A stretch of DNA of 58,002 bases from Bacteroidales bacterium. GTDB taxonomy: Bacteria; Bacteroidota; Bacteroidia; Bacteroidales; Paludibacteraceae. This document shows positions 1 through 11,300 of the stretch, piece by piece. Each line of letters starts with the position of its first letter. Position 1 is the first letter of the stretch. The stretch spans positions 1-58,002 of the forward strand of contig JBBQMQ010000001.1 in assembly GCA_038329115.1 (NCBI GenBank). Reading direction: 5' to 3'. Both the position numbers and the translations under genes were made by a program. The notes beneath the pieces were generated by a model. It saw only the letters and a program-made list of their open reading frames with translations. It was not told the DNA's origin and did no database searches.

Positions 1-1914
1 GAATACCGTGAGCGTCGAAACCATTATGCATATTACTCGGTGAACTCTGAGATTCAAGGCTTCGAAACTGACAGAGAAACCTTTTTAGGTGCATATAATG
101 GTTTTGAGGAACCGGAAGTAGTTGTGTCGGGTAGATCAGAAAATAGTCATGCTCATGGTTGGTCGCCTATTGCATCGCACTGCCTTGAAATTGAACTTGC
201 TCCTGGTGAGACTAAAGAACTGGTTTTTATATTGGGATATGTAGAAAATGAACAAGATGACAAATGGGAAAGCAAAGGAGTAATCAACAAAAATAAAGCA
301 ATTGAAACCATTTCTAAATTTGATACAACTGAGAAGGTAGATTTTGCATTCAACGAATTATCAGCCTATTGGGACTCACTTCTGTCCAACTTTAGTATTC
401 AATCCGGTGATGAAAAATTAAACAGAATGGTAAATGTCTGGAATCAATACCAATGCATGATTACTTTCAATTTTTCACGCTCTGCATCGTTTTTCGAAAG
501 TGGTATTGGACGAGGAATGGGATTTCGTGATTCAAATCAGGACTTGATTGGTTTTGTGCATCAAATTCCATCAAAAGCCCGCGAACGCATTCTCGAAATT
601 GCTGCTACTCAATTTCCTGATGGAGGCTGTTATCACCAGTATCAGCCTTTGACAAAAAAAGGAAATAACGAAATAGGTCAGGGTTTTAACGACGATCCGC
701 TTTGGCTGATTTTAGGAACGACGGCATACATTAAAGAAACCGGCGATTTTGACATTTTGAATTCTCCGGTTCCATTTGACAATAAAGAAGGAAGTGAGGT
801 ATCACTTTTTGAACACTTAAAGGTTTCGTTCAATCATGTTGTAAATAATTTAGGACCACATGGTTTGCCTTTGATTGGTCGTGCCGATTGGAATGATTGT
901 CTGAATTTAAACTGCTTTTCGTCTGACCCAAATGAAAGTTTTCAAACCACTGAGAATAACCAACATGGTTCAAAAGCCGAAAGTTTAATGATAGCAGGGC
1001 TTTTTGTGAGTACCGGAAATGATTATATAGAATTATGTGATAAAATTGGAAACAGAACAGAATCAAAACGAGCAAAGATTGAGGTTGATAAAATGATTGA
1101 TGCTGTCAAGAAGGATGGTTGGGATGGTGACTGGTTCTTACGTGCTTATGATTATCATGGAAATAAAATTGGCTCTAACGAAAACAAAGAAGGAAAAATT
1201 TTCATCGAATCGAACGGCTGGTGTGCAATGGCAGGTATTGGAAAAGAAGAAGGCCTGATTGAAAAAGCATTAGATGCTGTAAGCGAACGGTTGGACTGTG
1301 AGTATGGAATTGTGTTGCAAGATCCACCGTATTCAAAATATTACATCGAATATGGAGAAATATCTTCTTATCCAGAAGGTTACAAAGAAAATGCCGGAGT
1401 TTTTTGCCACAATAATCCCTGGATAATAATAGGTGAAACTCAAATTGGCAGAGGTGATAAAGCCTGGGATTATTATACAAAAATAAATCCTGCTTACCTG
1501 GAAGAAATAAGTGATTTACATAAAACGGAGCCTTATGTATATTCGCAAATGATAGCCGGAAAAGATGCATTCATCCCCGGAGAAGCAAAAAACTCATGGT
1601 TGACTGGTACAGCTGCGTGGAATTTTTATGCTGTAAGTCAATTTATTCTTGGGATAAAACCTACTTACGATGGAATTCTGATTGAACCCTGCTTACCTCA
1701 ACATATTAAAAAATACGAGGTTATGCGTAAATTTCGTGGAACAGAATATTTTATTCGAATTGATAACCCTCATCAATTGTCAAAAGGCAAAATCAAAATT
1801 ACTGTGAATGGGATAATTCTTAATAGTAATCATATTCCAATTTACCCTGAAGGAACGAAAGTTAGTGTTGAAGTTCTAATCGAAAAAGAAGTATTTCAAT
1901 ATCAATTGGATTAA
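1..1914 (+). CDS. cbp: GH94 cellobiose (or cellodextrin) phosphorylase, 5'-truncated by the window
   Basis: Frame 1 is open from base 1 ([17 protein letters not shown]...). GH94 motifs are [36 protein letters not shown] and SWLTGTAAW. Confidence 0.93.
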   Translation, partial: EYRERRNHYAYYSVNSEIQGFETDRETFLGAYNGFEEPEVVVSGRSENSHAHGWSPIASHCLEIELAPGETKELVFILGYVENEQDDKWESKGVINKNKAIETISKFDTTEKVDFAFNELSAYWDSLLSNFSIQSGDEKLNRMVNVWNQYQCMITFNFSRSASFFESGIGRGMGFRDSNQDLIGFVHQIPSKARERILEIAATQFPDGGCYHQYQPLTKKGNNEIGQGFNDDPLWLILGTTAYIKETGDFDILNSPVPFDNKEGSEVSLFEHLKVSFNHVVNNLGPHGLPLIGRADWNDCLNLNCFSSDPNESFQTTENNQHGSKAESLMIAGLFVSTGNDYIELCDKIGNRTESKRAKIEVDKMIDAVKKDGWDGDWFLRAYDYHGNKIGSNENKEGKIFIESNGWCAMAGIGKEEGLIEKALDAVSERLDCEYGIVLQDPPYSKYYIEYGEISSYPEGYKENAGVFCHNNPWIIIGETQIGRGDKAWDYYTKINPAYLEEISDLHKTEPYVYSQMIAGKDAFIPGEAKNSWLTGTAAWNFYAVSQFILGIKPTYDGILIEPCLPQHIKKYEVMRKFRGTEYFIRIDNPHQLSKGKIKITVNGIILNSNHIPIYPEGTKVSVEVLIEKEVFQYQLD

Positions 1915-1950
1915 TAATTTGCCAAATTTTTCAAACTCAATTTAATAATA

Positions 1951-2016
1951 AAACAGTTTACCTACTTATAAAAACAGATTATCACCTATCTGACATTTAA
2001 AAAACATCTATTTTTA
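1951..2016 (+). promoter_or_regulatory. Direct-repeat operator copy 1 plus near-consensus -7 element, upstream of the AraC gene
   Basis: ACAGTTTACC at 1953 and ACAGATTATC at 1974 are 21 bp apart. TATTTTTA at 2009 is one mismatch from TAnnTTTG. Confidence 0.7.
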
Positions 2017-2046
2017 GCCACTAATAATAGTTTTTTATTGATTAAA

Positions 2047-2932
2047 ATGACTAAATCAAATGTTTTTCGCGAGGTTACTATCTTATTACCAGAAGATTGC
2101 TTTGTTGTGGTAAGTCGGGTTAAATCTGAGTTTAATTATCCTTTACATGTTCACCCTGAGTTTGAACTCAATTTTGTTGGGAATGCTACAGGTGCTCAAC
2201 GAATTATTGGTGATTCTATTGAAGAAATAGGAGATTTGGATTTGTGTTTGATTGGAAGCGACCACATTGAACACGCCTGGATGACCCATAAATGTAAATC
2301 AAAAGAAATACATGAAATTATGTTTCAATTTCACAAGGACATGTATTCAACACAAATGCTTCAAAAACGACAATTCCATAGCGTTGCAGTAATGCTCGAA
2401 AATGCAAAAAAAGGGGGTTGTTTTCTCACGCGAAGCTATACTGAAAATAAAACCGCAATTGGAGAAAGTAAGTAAACTGGATTCCGGATATTATTCTGTA
2501 ATTGAGTTATATTCGATTCTTTACGAATTATCATTGGATAAGGATATGAGAGTGTTGAGCAGTAGTACTTTCAGCGAAGAAGAAGAAATGTCAGAAAGTA
2601 GAAGAATTCAAAAGGTAATAAATTATTTACAACATAACTTTCACAAAGATATTCACCTGATTGATATTGCAAAATATGTGAATATGCATGAAAAAGCGTT
2701 CGGGCGATTTATGAAGTTACGGACCGGAAAGAATTTTATTGAATACTTGAATGATCTTCGACTGGGCTTTGCTTCCAGATTATTGATTGATACTACCAAA
2801 ACAGTTTCAGAAATCGCCTATGAATGTGGTTTTAAGAACATGTCAAATTTTAATCGAATTTTTAGAAAAAGAAAAGGGTGTACCCCAACAGATTTTCGTG
2901 ATAATTATCAGAAAATGAGAATATTAATATAA
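2047..2932 (+). pseudogene. AraC-family regulator (cupin sensor + HTH), split by one extra base in the A7G5 run at 2406-2417
   Basis: The N-terminal part (PLHVHPEFELN) is in ORF 2038..2475. The C-terminal HTH part (SEIAYECGFKNMSNFNRIFRKRKGCTP) is in ORF 2402..2932. Removing one base gives the continuous reading ...ENAKKGVVFSREAIL... Confidence 0.85.
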
Positions 2933-2950
2933 TTATTTGCAAATAAAATT

Positions 2951-3910
2951 ATGATGAAACCGTTGAAATATATTTTATTTTTTTGTCTGCTAACTGGATT
3001 TTTAATGTCATTTAAAGCTCCCGAAAAATCGCCGGTAGCACAAAATGGACATCTGAAAGTTATCGGCACACAGCTTTCCAATGAAAAAGGGCAACCTGTT
3101 GTTTTAAATGGAATTAGTTTGGGTTGGCACTGTTTTCAACCACGTTTTTATACAAAATCAACAGTAAAATGGCTTGCAACAGACTGGAATGTTAACGTGG
3201 TGCGTGCTGCTATGGGTGTTGGCGTAGAAGACTGTTACTTACAGAATCCCGAATTTGCAAAAAAGTGTGTTGAAAATGTAGTGAAAGGCGCTGTTGAAAG
3301 CGGCGTTTACGTCATAATTGATTTCCATAGCCACAAATTACATACTACCGAAGCCAAAGCTTTTTTTACCGAAATGGCAACAAAATATAAAAATGTACCC
3401 AATGTAATTTACGAAATATGGAATGAACCTGATTATTTTTCGTGGAAAGTGGTCAAAGAATATTCTAGTCAAATTGTTTCAACAATACGATCTATTGATT
3501 CTGATAATATAATTTTGGTTGGCTCACCACATTGGAATCAGGATATTGATTCGGTAGCTGCAGATCCTCTTTTAGGTCAAAAGAATATCATGTATACTAT
3601 GCATTTTTATGCCGGAACTCATAAAAAATGGCTGCGAGATAGAACTGATAATGCCATCTCCAAAGGAATTCCAATTTTTATTTCGGAATGTGCAGGCATG
3701 GATGCTACGGGCGATGGACAAATTGATGAAGCAGAATGGAAAGCATATCTTGAATGGATGAAAAAATCAAAACTAAGTTGGGTCGCTTGGTCTTTGTCAG
3801 ATAAAAACGAAACCTGTTCCATGTTGCTTCCGAGAGCGAATATTTCAAAATGGAGGAACGATGAAATTAAGTTGTGGGGGAAGATTACTAAAGAGTCTAT
3901 TAAAAATTGA
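2951..3910 (+). CDS. GH5 (subfamily 2-like) endoglucanase with signal peptide and no T9SS CTD, probably periplasmic
   Basis: Motifs VVRAAMGV, IIDFHSH, YEIWNEP (acid/base), MHFYAGTH, IFISEC (nucleophile) and WVAWSLSDKNET. Confidence 0.9.
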   Translation: MMKPLKYILFFCLLTGFLMSFKAPEKSPVAQNGHLKVIGTQLSNEKGQPVVLNGISLGWHCFQPRFYTKSTVKWLATDWNVNVVRAAMGVGVEDCYLQNPEFAKKCVENVVKGAVESGVYVIIDFHSHKLHTTEAKAFFTEMATKYKNVPNVIYEIWNEPDYFSWKVVKEYSSQIVSTIRSIDSDNIILVGSPHWNQDIDSVAADPLLGQKNIMYTMHFYAGTHKKWLRDRTDNAISKGIPIFISECAGMDATGDGQIDEAEWKAYLEWMKKSKLSWVAWSLSDKNETCSMLLPRANISKWRNDEIKLWGKITKESIKN

Positions 3911-4066
3911 AATACAAATAGATGATTTTTTCTATTTGTATTAGGTTGTAATTTATTAGGCACATATCAGCTATAATTAGTAACCTTCGGTTTTTTTTCT
4001 CAATCCGTAGTATATGTTGCAGTATTACACGTGTATACAGTCTTGTAATCGATATTATTATCAGCT

Positions 4067-4129
4067 ACAAAATGTATGCAACTTGGTTGCAAAAGTATCA
4101 ATATTGCAATTTATACATCCGTATTTTTG
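4067..4129 (+). promoter_or_regulatory. Putative promoter of the CBM11/adhesin/cellulase operon: -7 element with a second type of 21-bp direct repeat
   Basis: TATTTTTG at 4122. AAAtGTATgcA and AAAaGTATcaA have their GTAT cores at 4074 and 4095. Confidence 0.45.
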
Positions 4130-4184
4130 CAAGTACAATTTTAAAACAAAAACAACAATTAATTAACTTTTAAAAAATATCCAA

Positions 4185-5054
4185 ATGAAAAAAATTACTT
4201 TCTTTGTGGTCGCTTTATTGTTGGCCAGTTTTACTGTTAAAGGCGAAGGCAACATAACTAACGTTCCAACTTTACTGCTCTCGGATTGCCAATCAATGCT
4301 GAACACAAATATTGGTACTTTTTGGTATTTCTTTGATGATCAAAATGATGGAGGCCTTTCAACATCTGCTATCGAAATGACTGCTGTTGGAAATGATGGC
4401 AGTGTTGCAGCAAATTGCACCTATATATTAAATAAAGGTACGTTGTCTTATAATCCTTTTATTGGTTTTGGATTCGCAACAAATCCGGCAAATGATGGCT
4501 CTGCTTTTGATTTTAGCCCTTACACAGGCTTTTCATTTTACCACAAGGGTTCTACATTGACCGTTGAATTGGTAACAACAAATGTTCTCGATAATGATAA
4601 TTTTAATGCAACTGTACCCGCTCATACTGCTTGGACATTGGTTACAATTCCTTGGGCAACATTTCGTCAGTTTGGTTGGGGTAAAAAACAAACATTCAGT
4701 GCTGCATTAATCTCTAAATTGCACTTCACTGTACATGGTGCTAATGGGCAAACAGGCACTATTAATCTGGACAACATTAAAGCAAATGGTACTTCAACTG
4801 CTGTTTCAAAAGTATTTGATTTTGTAAATGTGAGTGCATATCCAAATCCATTTACCAACTCATTTCAAATTGAATCTGGGCTGGTTATGAATTCAGTTAT
4901 TGTTCGCGATCTTACAGGAAAACAAATTTTAAACAAGATGTCTGGTTCAAATAAAATGACAATTGATGCAACTAATTTTGCAATAGGTTTGTATTTTTTA
5001 GATGTCGATTTTGGAAACGGAATCAGAAAAACAATGAAAATCACAAAAAAATAA
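4185..5054 (+). CDS. Stand-alone CBM11/CIA30-like carbohydrate-binding protein with T9SS CTD
   Basis: Signal peptide, then WYFFDDQNDGG...FDFSPYTGFSFYHKG...WTLVTIPWATFRQFGWG, then a CTD (YPNPF...GLYFL...KITKK). No catalytic domain is visible. Confidence 0.75.
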   Translation: MKKITFFVVALLLASFTVKGEGNITNVPTLLLSDCQSMLNTNIGTFWYFFDDQNDGGLSTSAIEMTAVGNDGSVAANCTYILNKGTLSYNPFIGFGFATNPANDGSAFDFSPYTGFSFYHKGSTLTVELVTTNVLDNDNFNATVPAHTAWTLVTIPWATFRQFGWGKKQTFSAALISKLHFTVHGANGQTGTINLDNIKANGTSTAVSKVFDFVNVSAYPNPFTNSFQIESGLVMNSVIVRDLTGKQILNKMSGSNKMTIDATNFAIGLYFLDVDFGNGIRKTMKITKK

Positions 5055-5091
5055 TAGTTCTCATAACCTTAAATTTTAAAAAATTAATTGT

Positions 5092-6708
5092 ATGAAAACA
5101 ATACATAAATTTCTAACACTAATTGTACTTATATTTTTACTCTGCGGAACTGCAGTAGGACAAAATACTAAAACCTACGTTTCAGGAAATTGGAATGTGG
5201 CAGGAAGTTGGAATCCATCAGGCATCCCAGGTTCAACCGATGATGTGGTAATCTCATCATCTGTATCAATTACCAATTTTGCATCAAGCACTATTAACAG
5301 TTTGACAATTAGTGGTAACAGTACAGTACAAATAACAGGAAATGGACAAATCATGACCATAAATGGCATTTTATCAATTCCTTCTGGCAATACTTTAAAA
5401 ATGTTGTCGAATACACAAATAAAAGCTGGAACTGGTTTTTCAGCAAGTGGCACCGGATCTCTATTTACTGCTGCAACTACAACAGCTCTTCCTGCGGGTG
5501 TTTCAGGTACAAATGTAGTTTATACATTTGATATTACATTAAATGCTGGCGGTGCACAAAATCTGCCTGCTTATGCAACTTATACAAATCTGATAGTAAA
5601 TTTGCCTACAGCTACAACAATTACAAAATTGGGAGCTGGTTCTATGATTACAGGTATATTGACATTAACAAGTGGAATTTTAGATTGTGTTGGAAATACT
5701 TTTACGATGTCATCAACAGCAAGTGTCAATGGTGGTAGTTCTACAAGTTATATTTATATGAGCAGTGCTGCTGGAGCTTTGGTTCGTACATGTCCACAAA
5801 ATTCAGCTATTTTATTTCCAATAGGCACTGCGTCAAGTTATACCCCGTTTACGCTAACTAATAAAAACGGAACCTTGGACATAACTACAAAGTTAAAAAC
5901 CTCTTTTACTCGTCAACCACTCGTAGCTGCAAATTGTGTAAATCTTTGTTGGTTCATAGTAGGCTCAGTAGCTACAACAGCCGATATAAATTTTCAGTTT
6001 AATTCAGGAAACATTGGTTCAGGATTTAACGTAAATTCAGGAATTGAATTAGGAAACAATACAAACGCCTATTCAAGAGTTTCAACTGGAACAGTTTATG
6101 GAAGTGATCCTTATTCTTACATTGCAAGTAATATCAACATTCCTGCATCTGGAATTAATGAATATGTTTTTGGCAATAAAGCTCAGATTATTGCTGCAAC
6201 AGTTTCAGGAAGCCCTACTATTAATTCAATTACTCCAGGAAATAATCAGCTTTCTGTTGCATTTACCGTTCCAAAATCAGATGGCGGTTCTGAGATATTA
6301 AATTATGAGTATTCGACAAATGGAGGCACTAGTTTCACTGCTTGTTCACCTGCACAAACCGCAAGTCCGATAGGGATAACCGGGCTAACCAATGGAGTGT
6401 CGTATAATGTTCAAATAAGAGCAATAAATGGAGTAACTGGAAATGGTATTGCTACAGCATCTACACAAGCAACTCCTTCAATTACATCATTACTTCCTTT
6501 AAATAATATGTCACCTATATCAATATCTGTATTGAATAATGAAATAATAGTTTCGGGTTCAAGCGGTCAGATAATTGAATTATACAACGTTGTGGGAAGG
6601 AAAATTAGTTCTACATTGTCAAACGACAATACTACCAGAATCTATGCCAATGGAAAGGGTATTTACATTATAAAAGTTTCTAATCAAACTTGTAAGGTTA
6701 TTTTATAA
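5092..6708 (+). CDS. Non-catalytic secreted protein: G8-like/beta-rich region + FN3 + short T9SS-type CTD; paralogue of 15683..17332
   Basis: GNWNVAGSWNPSGIPGSTDDVVI, FN3 motif (SDGGSEILNYEYS...ITGLTNGVSYNVQIRAIN), and C-terminus YNVVGRKI...GIYIIKV...KVIL. Confidence 0.7.
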   Translation: MKTIHKFLTLIVLIFLLCGTAVGQNTKTYVSGNWNVAGSWNPSGIPGSTDDVVISSSVSITNFASSTINSLTISGNSTVQITGNGQIMTINGILSIPSGNTLKMLSNTQIKAGTGFSASGTGSLFTAATTTALPAGVSGTNVVYTFDITLNAGGAQNLPAYATYTNLIVNLPTATTITKLGAGSMITGILTLTSGILDCVGNTFTMSSTASVNGGSSTSYIYMSSAAGALVRTCPQNSAILFPIGTASSYTPFTLTNKNGTLDITTKLKTSFTRQPLVAANCVNLCWFIVGSVATTADINFQFNSGNIGSGFNVNSGIELGNNTNAYSRVSTGTVYGSDPYSYIASNINIPASGINEYVFGNKAQIIAATVSGSPTINSITPGNNQLSVAFTVPKSDGGSEILNYEYSTNGGTSFTACSPAQTASPIGITGLTNGVSYNVQIRAINGVTGNGIATASTQATPSITSLLPLNNMSPISISVLNNEIIVSGSSGQIIELYNVVGRKISSTLSNDNTTRIYANGKGIYIIKVSNQTCKVIL

Positions 6709-6737
6709 TTTACTTTTATTAGTTTAATTAAAAAATT

Positions 6738-6783
6738 AACTTGATTTGGAATATATCTTTTTAAGGTATATTCCAATTGAGTT
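6738..6783 (+). terminator. Stem-loop (terminator or processing hairpin)
   Basis: TTGGAATATA (6746-6755) pairs with TATATTCCAA (6767-6776). The stem extends imperfectly and a T-rich tract follows. Confidence 0.6.
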
Positions 6784-6834
6784 TATTCCATTTTTTTTCC
6801 TTAAATGCTTCGTTAACCATTGATTCTTTTAATT

Positions 6835-8280
6835 TTGAAAAAATCTTTCGCTTTTCTAATCCTAATACTTATGTGTAAACTGTATTCAGTATCAGGACAA
6901 ATCAATTCACCAGCAGGTGCAACTATTCCATTTGGAACAAATAGTTCATATCCGTATGGAATAATGCCTACAAATTTACCTAAAACAGGTGTTTTTGGAA
7001 GTTCACAAGATGCAGCAGATGCATACAATACTTGGAAAACTAATTATGTAGAACTTTGTTCTGCATCTCCAATTAAATACAGAGTTCGTTTTGACACGCC
7101 TGCTCAAACCGTTTCTGAAGGAATCGGTTATGGAATGATTCTGGCCGCTTATGCAGCAGATAAGAATCTTTTCGATGGATTTTTGCAATATTATAAAGAT
7201 TATAGTGATGCCAACTCGCTCATGAACTGGAAAGTGAATGGTTGTACAGGGGTAATTGGAAGTGGGGCTGCTAGTGATGCCGATCTTGATGCTGCTATTG
7301 GTTTAAGAATTGCAATGAGACAATGGCCCTCGATAAGTAACTATTCAACTGATTTTTCAACTATAATTAATGCAATTAGAACATATGAAATTCAGTCTTC
7401 CACTTCTGCGGGTCCATACCAAACGAATAACGGAGACGGTTGGGGGATGTCAAATTCGTGCAGAAATCCAAGTTACCAATCGCCAGCATATTATAAAGTT
7501 TTTGGGGCTTTTGACACTTCAAACCTTTCAATTTGGAATAATGCAGTAATTGCAAGTTATGCCCTAATTAGTGTCAATGTTAACTCCTCAACAGGGCTGG
7601 TATCGAACTGGTGCGATGTGAATGGAAATGCAAACAATTGCAATGGACCTAACGAGTATGGGTGGGATGCTTGCCGTTTTCCATGGCGAATGGCTACTGA
7701 TGCTATTTGGTGGAATGATGTTAACGCTCAAACACGATGTACAAGTCTGGCTAATTTCATTAAAGGCAAAGGAGTAACCAATCTAAAGGGTCCTTTACCT
7801 CAAGTTGGAGGAACCGGGTCTTACCACAGCCCAGCTTTTGTCTCAACATGGTCGTGCAGTCTTTTGGGGTCTAATAGCAGTTTTCAAACTACGTTAAATG
7901 CAGCATATTCCGAAACATTAAAAACACAAGATGCATTACCATCCTATTTTGGTAATACACTTCGCCTACTTTCATTGTTCCAAATGACAGGAAATTTTTG
8001 GAATCCAGTACTCGGTACAACAGGAATTCAAGAAAATCAGTCTGAGTCAAATAAAACAAAATGTTTTCCTAGCCCTTTTAGCAATTCATTCAGCATTGAG
8101 TCGAAAGAGATTATTAACTCAGTCGTTGTTCGTGATCTTACAGGCAAGCAAATTTTGAATCAAAAAGGCGGTACGGAAAAAATAATAATTAATGCAAGTC
8201 AGTTTGCAACAGGAATCTATTTTATAAATATTGATTTAGCAAATGGTATCAGGCAAACTGTAAAAATGAATAAAAGATAA
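6835..8280 (+). CDS. GH8 endoglucanase with T9SS CTD (TTG start at 6835 preferred; ORF open from 6820)
   Basis: Motifs TVSEGIGYGM, AASDADLD, NPSY and YGWDACRFPWR (Asp-type base). The CTD is FPSPF...GIYFI...KMNKR. The 6835 start gives the signal peptide MKKSFAFLILIL... Confidence 0.9.
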   Translation: MKKSFAFLILILMCKLYSVSGQINSPAGATIPFGTNSSYPYGIMPTNLPKTGVFGSSQDAADAYNTWKTNYVELCSASPIKYRVRFDTPAQTVSEGIGYGMILAAYAADKNLFDGFLQYYKDYSDANSLMNWKVNGCTGVIGSGAASDADLDAAIGLRIAMRQWPSISNYSTDFSTIINAIRTYEIQSSTSAGPYQTNNGDGWGMSNSCRNPSYQSPAYYKVFGAFDTSNLSIWNNAVIASYALISVNVNSSTGLVSNWCDVNGNANNCNGPNEYGWDACRFPWRMATDAIWWNDVNAQTRCTSLANFIKGKGVTNLKGPLPQVGGTGSYHSPAFVSTWSCSLLGSNSSFQTTLNAAYSETLKTQDALPSYFGNTLRLLSLFQMTGNFWNPVLGTTGIQENQSESNKTKCFPSPFSNSFSIESKEIINSVVVRDLTGKQILNQKGGTEKIIINASQFATGIYFINIDLANGIRQTVKMNKR

Positions 8281-8326
8281 ATCGTTTCCATAGAAATTAA
8301 AAATTAACCCTTCAAATATTATAGTC

Positions 8327-11300
8327 ATGAAAAAAACAAGTTTTTTTAATGTCCTATTAATCATTACTTTATGCACCTCATTTTCGATTAATTTGAATGC
8401 GCAAAGTTCAAGTAATAACCGATATATAAATCGGTTTTTAGAACTCAGAGGAATGGTAAATGATCCTAAAAATGGATATTTTAGCCCTGATGGTGCTCCA
8501 TATCATTCTGTAGAAACTTTTATGATTGAAGCACCTGATTATGGACATGAGTCAACAAGTGAAGCATATTCTTTTTGGATATGGATGGAAGCTATGTATG
8601 GTAGGGTTACCGGCGATTGGAGCCGGGTAAAGTATGTTTGGAACAAAATGGAGGATCAAATCATTCCAAAAGCATCTGATCAGCCAAACAATGCAGCATA
8701 TAAATCCGCCGCACCAGCTGATTATATGGCTGAACATCTAACAATACAAGGATATCCCAGCTCTAACGAGCCAAATATTCCGGTTGGAAAAGATCCAATA
8801 GCGACAGAATTAACAGCAACTTATGGTAATTCTGATATATATGGTATGCATTGGTTAATCGATGTTGATAACTGGTATGGATTTGGTAATCATGGTGATG
8901 GTGTGTCTAAGCAATCATATATAAACACATTTCAACGAGGTCCTCAAGAATCTGTTTTTGAAACTGTACCTCAGCCAGCATGGGATAATTTCAAGTATGG
9001 AACGGCGGTTGGTGGTTTTCTTCCTTTATTTGGAAAAGGTGGAACTCCATCTCAACAATGGAAATATACTGATGCACCTGATGCAGATGCCCGTGTCGTT
9101 CAAGCAATGTTTTGGGCAACTCAATGGATGAAAGAGGAAGGCGGAAATTTAAATACGTTATCGTTGGATAAAACAAAAAAAATGGGGGATTATCTTCGAT
9201 ATTCCATGTTTGACAAATATTTTAAACCCATGAATTGCCAATCAGTAAATTCTGCTGGTGCTACAGGATATAACGCGATGCATTATTTGATGTCTTGGTA
9301 TTATGCATGGGGTGGTTCTATCTCAGCACCAACTGCGGGTTGGGCTTGGCGAATTGGTTGTAGTCATAATCACTTTGGCTACCAAAACCCATTAGCTGCA
9401 TACGCTTTGTCTAATGTTACAGAACTCACTCCAAGTTCTGCAACTGCAAAATCTCATTGGACAACATCATTAAATCGTCAGTTAGAATTTTACACTTGGT
9501 TACAATCAGTCGAAGGTGGCATTGCTGGTGGTGCAACAAATAGCTGGAACGGAGTTTATGATGCCTATCCAGCTGGAACACCTACATTTTATGGTATGGG
9601 CTATACCGAAAATCCTGTATATGAAGATCCGGGAAGTAATTCATGGTTTGGTTGGCAGGCATGGTCACTTGAGCGGGTTGCTGAGCTTTATTATGTTTCA
9701 AATGATGTCAGAGCAAAGAAAATTATGGATAAATGGATTAAATGGGTTTCACCGAATATTCATCTCATTGGCACAACCGATTTCGAAATTCCGTCAGGTC
9801 TAGCATGGACTGGCAAGCCAGATACATGGAATCCAGTTTCACCGGGTTCAAACAGCAATCTCAATGTCACCATTACCAGTTTTGGAAAAGATGTTGGTAT
9901 AACTGCCTCACTTGCAAGAACTTTAATGTATTATGCTGCAGCGACTCAGAAGTATTCAACACTCGATGCTTTCTCGCGAGATATGGCAAAAGAATTAATA
10001 GATCGTTTGTGGACTAATAAAGATGCTTTAGGTATTGCTATAGCCGAAGAACGTGGGGATTATAGCCGTTTCTTTGATCAGGATGTGTATATTCCATCAA
10101 CGTATTCGGGTGTAATGCCAAATGGAGATAAAATTAAACCGGGTATCAAATTTAAAGATATTCGAAGTAAATATTTGGATGACCCTGCTTATCCTGCTGT
10201 ATTGGCTGCCTATAAAAGTGGAACCAAATATAAAACAACATATCACCGCACCTGGGCACAAATGGAAATTGCTATGGCAAATGCCGATTTTGGATTCCTA
10301 TTTCCCATGGAAGGAACAAATTTCTTGCCATCAATAAGTATTACCTCACCTTTGAATAATGCATTTTATACCGCTGGTAGTAGTGTTATATTAACTGCAA
10401 ATGCTGCCGATCAGGATGGAACAGTTAGCAGCGTTGATTTTTATGCTAACGGACAAAAAATTGGAAGTTCGGCAACAGCTCCTTATTCGTTTACCTGGAA
10501 TGCACCTATTGGAACTTACACCATATATGCCATTGCAACCGACAATGAAAATGGAACTAATCAATCAATAAATATTAAAATTAATGTTGGGAATCATGCA
10601 CCTGTGGCTGCTTTCAATGCTTCAGCCACAACTGGGCGTGTACCGTTTGTTGTGAATTTTGATGCTTCATCTTCTTCTGATGTCGATGGAAATAACCTTA
10701 CTTATAGCTGGGATTTTGGTGATGGAAGTACCGATGAAGGTGTCTTAACAAGTCATACTTATAATGTTGTTGGTGAATATACTGCCACTTTAACTGTGAA
10801 TGACGGAAAGGGTGCAACAAATTCTACAACCAAAAATTTCACTGTCAAAGTAACCTGCGATTTGAATTCTATCTTTAATGCACCACAAAGTGCTGCTATA
10901 AGTACCATGAGTGTGGCATATTCCAACGCATACACCATCGGAGATAATGGACCGGATGTAAGCAACGTAAGCAAATTAGGTTTTAACTGGACGTTAGACC
11001 GAAATTCTCTTGCATTGTCATTTAACTATAAAAAGAATACCGGTCATGGATATTACGAAAGTTTAAATAACTATGTAATTTCCAAAAGTTTGAACACGGC
11101 AAATCCATCCATCACATTTAAAGATTCTACAGCCGGTATGGTTAATTTTAAGGGGAAATATTATGTTGTTACTAGTCCAAATTATCTTGTGTTAGTTAGC
11201 GAAAATAATTCTCATGCAATATATTTTAGTAATAGTACTTCAGCACCTGCATATTGTGATAACGCATCTGCAACAGCCGTAAATAGTGTAATTGCTGATA

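Noticed and set aside
2404-2417. Programmed -1 ribosomal frameshift at the A-rich slippery run in the AraC gene
   Set aside because: Joining the two halves needs a +1 shift (loss of one base), not -1, and I see no stimulatory hairpin.
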